Assembly: GCA_943788985.1 (NCBI GenBank)
Contig: CALSSJ010000027.1
Span: 1-64,000 of the forward strand
Length of the DNA stretch: 64,000 nt
From: an uncultured Lentisphaerales bacterium
GTDB lineage: Bacteria; Verrucomicrobiota; Lentisphaeria; JABSQK01; UBA12247
Reading direction: 5' to 3'
In this document: one piece after another, positions 61,494-64,000 of the stretch
Layout of the letters: each line of letters starts with the position of its first letter
Position numbering within the stretch: the stretch's first letter is position 1
Program-made: the position numbers and the translations under genes
Notes under the pieces: generated by a model
What the model was told of the DNA's origin: nothing
What the model saw: the letters and a program-made list of their open reading frames with translations, nothing else
Databases searched by the model: none

Positions 61494-62894
61494 ATGAACA
61501 TGGCAAAGAGGAAGCCGAATGTCGTCTTCATCCTGATCGATGATATGGGCTGGAAGGATCTGGGGTGTTTTGGTGCCAAGCTTTATGAGACACCCACTAT
61601 CGATGCGCTCTGTGCTGAAGGGATTCGTTTTCCCCAGGCCTATTCATCTGCCCCCATCTGTTCTCCAGCACGTGCAACCGCGCTGACGGGTAAGCACCCG
61701 ATGAAACTCCACATGTGGAACCACACGCACTATCTGCCCGCAGATCAAAAGATATTGCCTGCCTACCTCAAGGAGAACGGCTACCAGGCCTGGCATGTCG
61801 GTAAGTGGCACATGGGGTGCCCCGAAATGAAAACCTTCCCGACCGATCTCGGTTTCGAAGAGAACAGGGGTGGCGGGATCTCGTGGGGGCCCGGCTCCTA
61901 TTTCTGGCCCTACGGCTGCGATGAAGAGGGGGTGCCGGAAAATCCGCGCAATGCTGTACCAGGCCTGTTTGCAGGAGGAGAGCCAGGGGAGTATCTCACC
62001 GACCGGATTGCCGAGGAGGCCATTGATGTCCTTGAGTCGCACACCCCCGGGAAGCCCTTCTTCCTGAACCTGTGGCACTATGCGGTTCATGACTACAAGG
62101 AAGCCAAGCCCGAAGTGGTCAAAAAGTATGAGCGCAAGATTGAGGCGATGGGGCTGACGCCGACCTATCGCATCGACCCCAAGACCGGAGCGAAGCTGCT
62201 CACAAGCGAGACCAATGCGGTCTATGCCGCGATGATTGAGAGTGTCGACGATTCGGTTGGCCGGGTCGTGGCGAAGATCAAGGAAGTGGGCGAGTACGAG
62301 AACACCTTCTTTATCTTCTTCTCCGACAATGGCTGTACAACCAACGACGTCCCCTGCGTGCCACTGAATGGAGGTAAGAACTCGAACTATGAAGCGGGCG
62401 ACCGGATTCCCGCATTCATGGCCTGGCCGGGGATTATCGAGGCAGGTTCGGAATACGACCACCCCATCTACATCGGGGATGTCTTCGATACCGTTCTTGC
62501 CGCTGCGGATATCGAAAAACCTGTAGATCATGAGAGCGACAGCATGTCGCTCATGCCCGTGTTCAGGGGGGAGCGGCTTCCGGAACGAACATTCATCTGG
62601 TACTTCCCGGACACCCGGCTTCATTGGGCACAGCGTGCCAATGCCGCAATCTATGATGAGGCATCAGGGTTCAAATACCTGCTCTACTTCAATGGCGATT
62701 CCGATGAGCTCTTCGACATCCATCACGATCTGGCAGAGGAGAACGACCTCTTTGGGCAGCATCCGACACTGGAACAGAACCTACGCGACGAGTTGATCTC
62801 CTTTCTGAAGCAACAATATGAGGAAATGCCTCCTCCGCCAAATCAGTTGGTTGACGGCGTCAAGAAGCGGATACTCAATGACGATTTGGTCTGA
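61494..62894 (+). CDS. Sulfatase (S1)
   Basis: KPNVVFILIDDMG, CSPARATALTG, GKWH and FSDNG. Confidence 0.92.
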   Translation: MNMAKRKPNVVFILIDDMGWKDLGCFGAKLYETPTIDALCAEGIRFPQAYSSAPICSPARATALTGKHPMKLHMWNHTHYLPADQKILPAYLKENGYQAWHVGKWHMGCPEMKTFPTDLGFEENRGGGISWGPGSYFWPYGCDEEGVPENPRNAVPGLFAGGEPGEYLTDRIAEEAIDVLESHTPGKPFFLNLWHYAVHDYKEAKPEVVKKYERKIEAMGLTPTYRIDPKTGAKLLTSETNAVYAAMIESVDDSVGRVVAKIKEVGEYENTFFIFFSDNGCTTNDVPCVPLNGGKNSNYEAGDRIPAFMAWPGIIEAGSEYDHPIYIGDVFDTVLAAADIEKPVDHESDSMSLMPVFRGERLPERTFIWYFPDTRLHWAQRANAAIYDEASGFKYLLYFNGDSDELFDIHHDLAEENDLFGQHPTLEQNLRDELISFLKQQYEEMPPPPNQLVDGVKKRILNDDLV

Positions 62895-62919
62895 GAGAAT
62901 CGCAAGTAGGGAAAACCGC

Positions 62920-63719
62920 ATGCGAACAAAAACATGGATCGCGACCAGGCCCAACCCCGGCGGATTGGAAATCCAGCGTGCAGCCGGGCTGATCACGCAG
63001 GAAGCCTTCGACACCGGCGTTCAGAAGCAGCGAGCAGATCGCCCTGGCCGATACTTTCTGGGACAGATGGCCAAATCAGCCGGCTACCATACTGCCTTCT
63101 TTGGTAAACTCGGCGTCGGCTACACCGAGACAGCGGCGATGATCCGGGGCTACGGCTTCGATCATCATGTCGGCCTCTACGACTCGGTGATCTGCTGGAG
63201 CTACTACCCCGAGTACTACTGGCGCAATGGCGAAAAGGTGCCGCTTCCTACCAACCCTGCGTTCACGGGCAAGTACCCGGATTGCCCCGAGGTAGGCAAG
63301 CCGGAGATGGTCTACAGCGAGGATCTCTGGTTGGAGAATTGTCTATCCTATCTGGACGAGCGCGCCAAGGACAACGAGCCGTTTCTGGCGGTCTACGCGA
63401 CGCAACTGCCGCACGGGCCGGCGTCCATTCCGCAAGAGGACTACATCTACGAGAACCGCCAGGACTGGACAGAAAAGGAGAGAATTGGGTCAACACCACC
63501 GGGGCAACGCGGGAAGCCATCATCGTGGGGGACTGGAAGCTGATCTACGAGTTGGATCGCGAGCAAAGCGACAAAAAGGCCCGGCGACGTATCTATCGCC
63601 CCGCCCTCTACGACCTGAAAAATGATCCCCTCGAAAAGCAGGACGTGATTAACCAACACCCGGAGAAAGCCTCCACCATGCAGGCGCTGATCCAGCAAGC
63701 CCAGAAACCTTTACCGTAA
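62920..63719 (+). pseudogene. Internally deleted sulfatase remnant
   Basis: Retains AGYHTAFFGK, GFDH, PF....QLPHGP and (another frame) GDWKL...LYDL.NDP.E, but lacks the CxPxR core. Confidence 0.65.
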
Positions 63720-63746
63720 CGACGCTGAACGAAAGGAAGACGTACT

Positions 63747-64000
63747 ATGAGAGAAGTGATGATGAGAAGATTGGCGATTGTATTGGCCTTCACATTTGTG
63801 TTTGTACACGCGGTTCTTGGCGGCGACATCTGGGGGACGGGTGAAGTCCCGCGCCTGACGGATCCTGGCAGTGTCCCACAGACGCTGGAGGAGGTCTGGG
63901 CCGGCTACGAGAAGAACTACGACGAGCACAACCCGCTGGAAGCGATCGTCCACAAGACCTGGCAGCGCGAAGGCGATATCGAGGTCAACTGGGTGCAGTT
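63747..64000 (+). CDS. 5' end of an exported protein (possibly an esterase/hydrolase), runs off the window
   Basis: Signal peptide MRRLAIVLAFTFVFVHAVLG, then VPQTLEEVWAGY...PLE; frame open to the end. Confidence 0.6.
   Translation, partial: MREVMMRRLAIVLAFTFVFVHAVLGGDIWGTGEVPRLTDPGSVPQTLEEVWAGYEKNYDEHNPLEAIVHKTWQREGDIEVNWVQ

Larger units (their letters stand above)
60155..61512 (+). repeat. Direct duplication, copy 2
   Basis: Paralog of 56790-58148, here embedded in intact regulator and sulfatase genes. Confidence 0.95.

Overview
Chromosomal segment of a GC-rich (about 60%) bacterium, probably PVC superphylum and Lentisphaeria-like. This is inferred from several sulfatases, a prepilin/H-X9-DG protein and GWNL-repeat secreted proteins. 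Mostly housekeeping: topA, an actF-actG-sco-coxBACD (A2-type caa3 oxidase) operon, trpD, glmM/glmS, uvrA, nadE, hisS-aspS-prmC, recD and aroG. The last ~7 kb is an accessory island with a diverged ~1.36-kb direct duplication (GntR 3' end plus a FitA/VapC toxin-antitoxin pair), a prepilin-type gene and sulfatases. Single-base homopolymer frameshifts, including one in essential hisS and many at 50.9-55.4 kb, suggest an error-prone long-read consensus, so 'pseudogenes' need caution. The most notable items are a hidden desaturase-rubredoxin fusion, an S26 peptidase + HprK-like kinase cassette, three unusual C-terminal repeats in TopA, two rod-shaped ncRNA candidates, a REPIN-like element pair and an operon with catalytically degenerate envelope enzymes. 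No CRISPR array, rRNA, tRNA or transposase was recognised.
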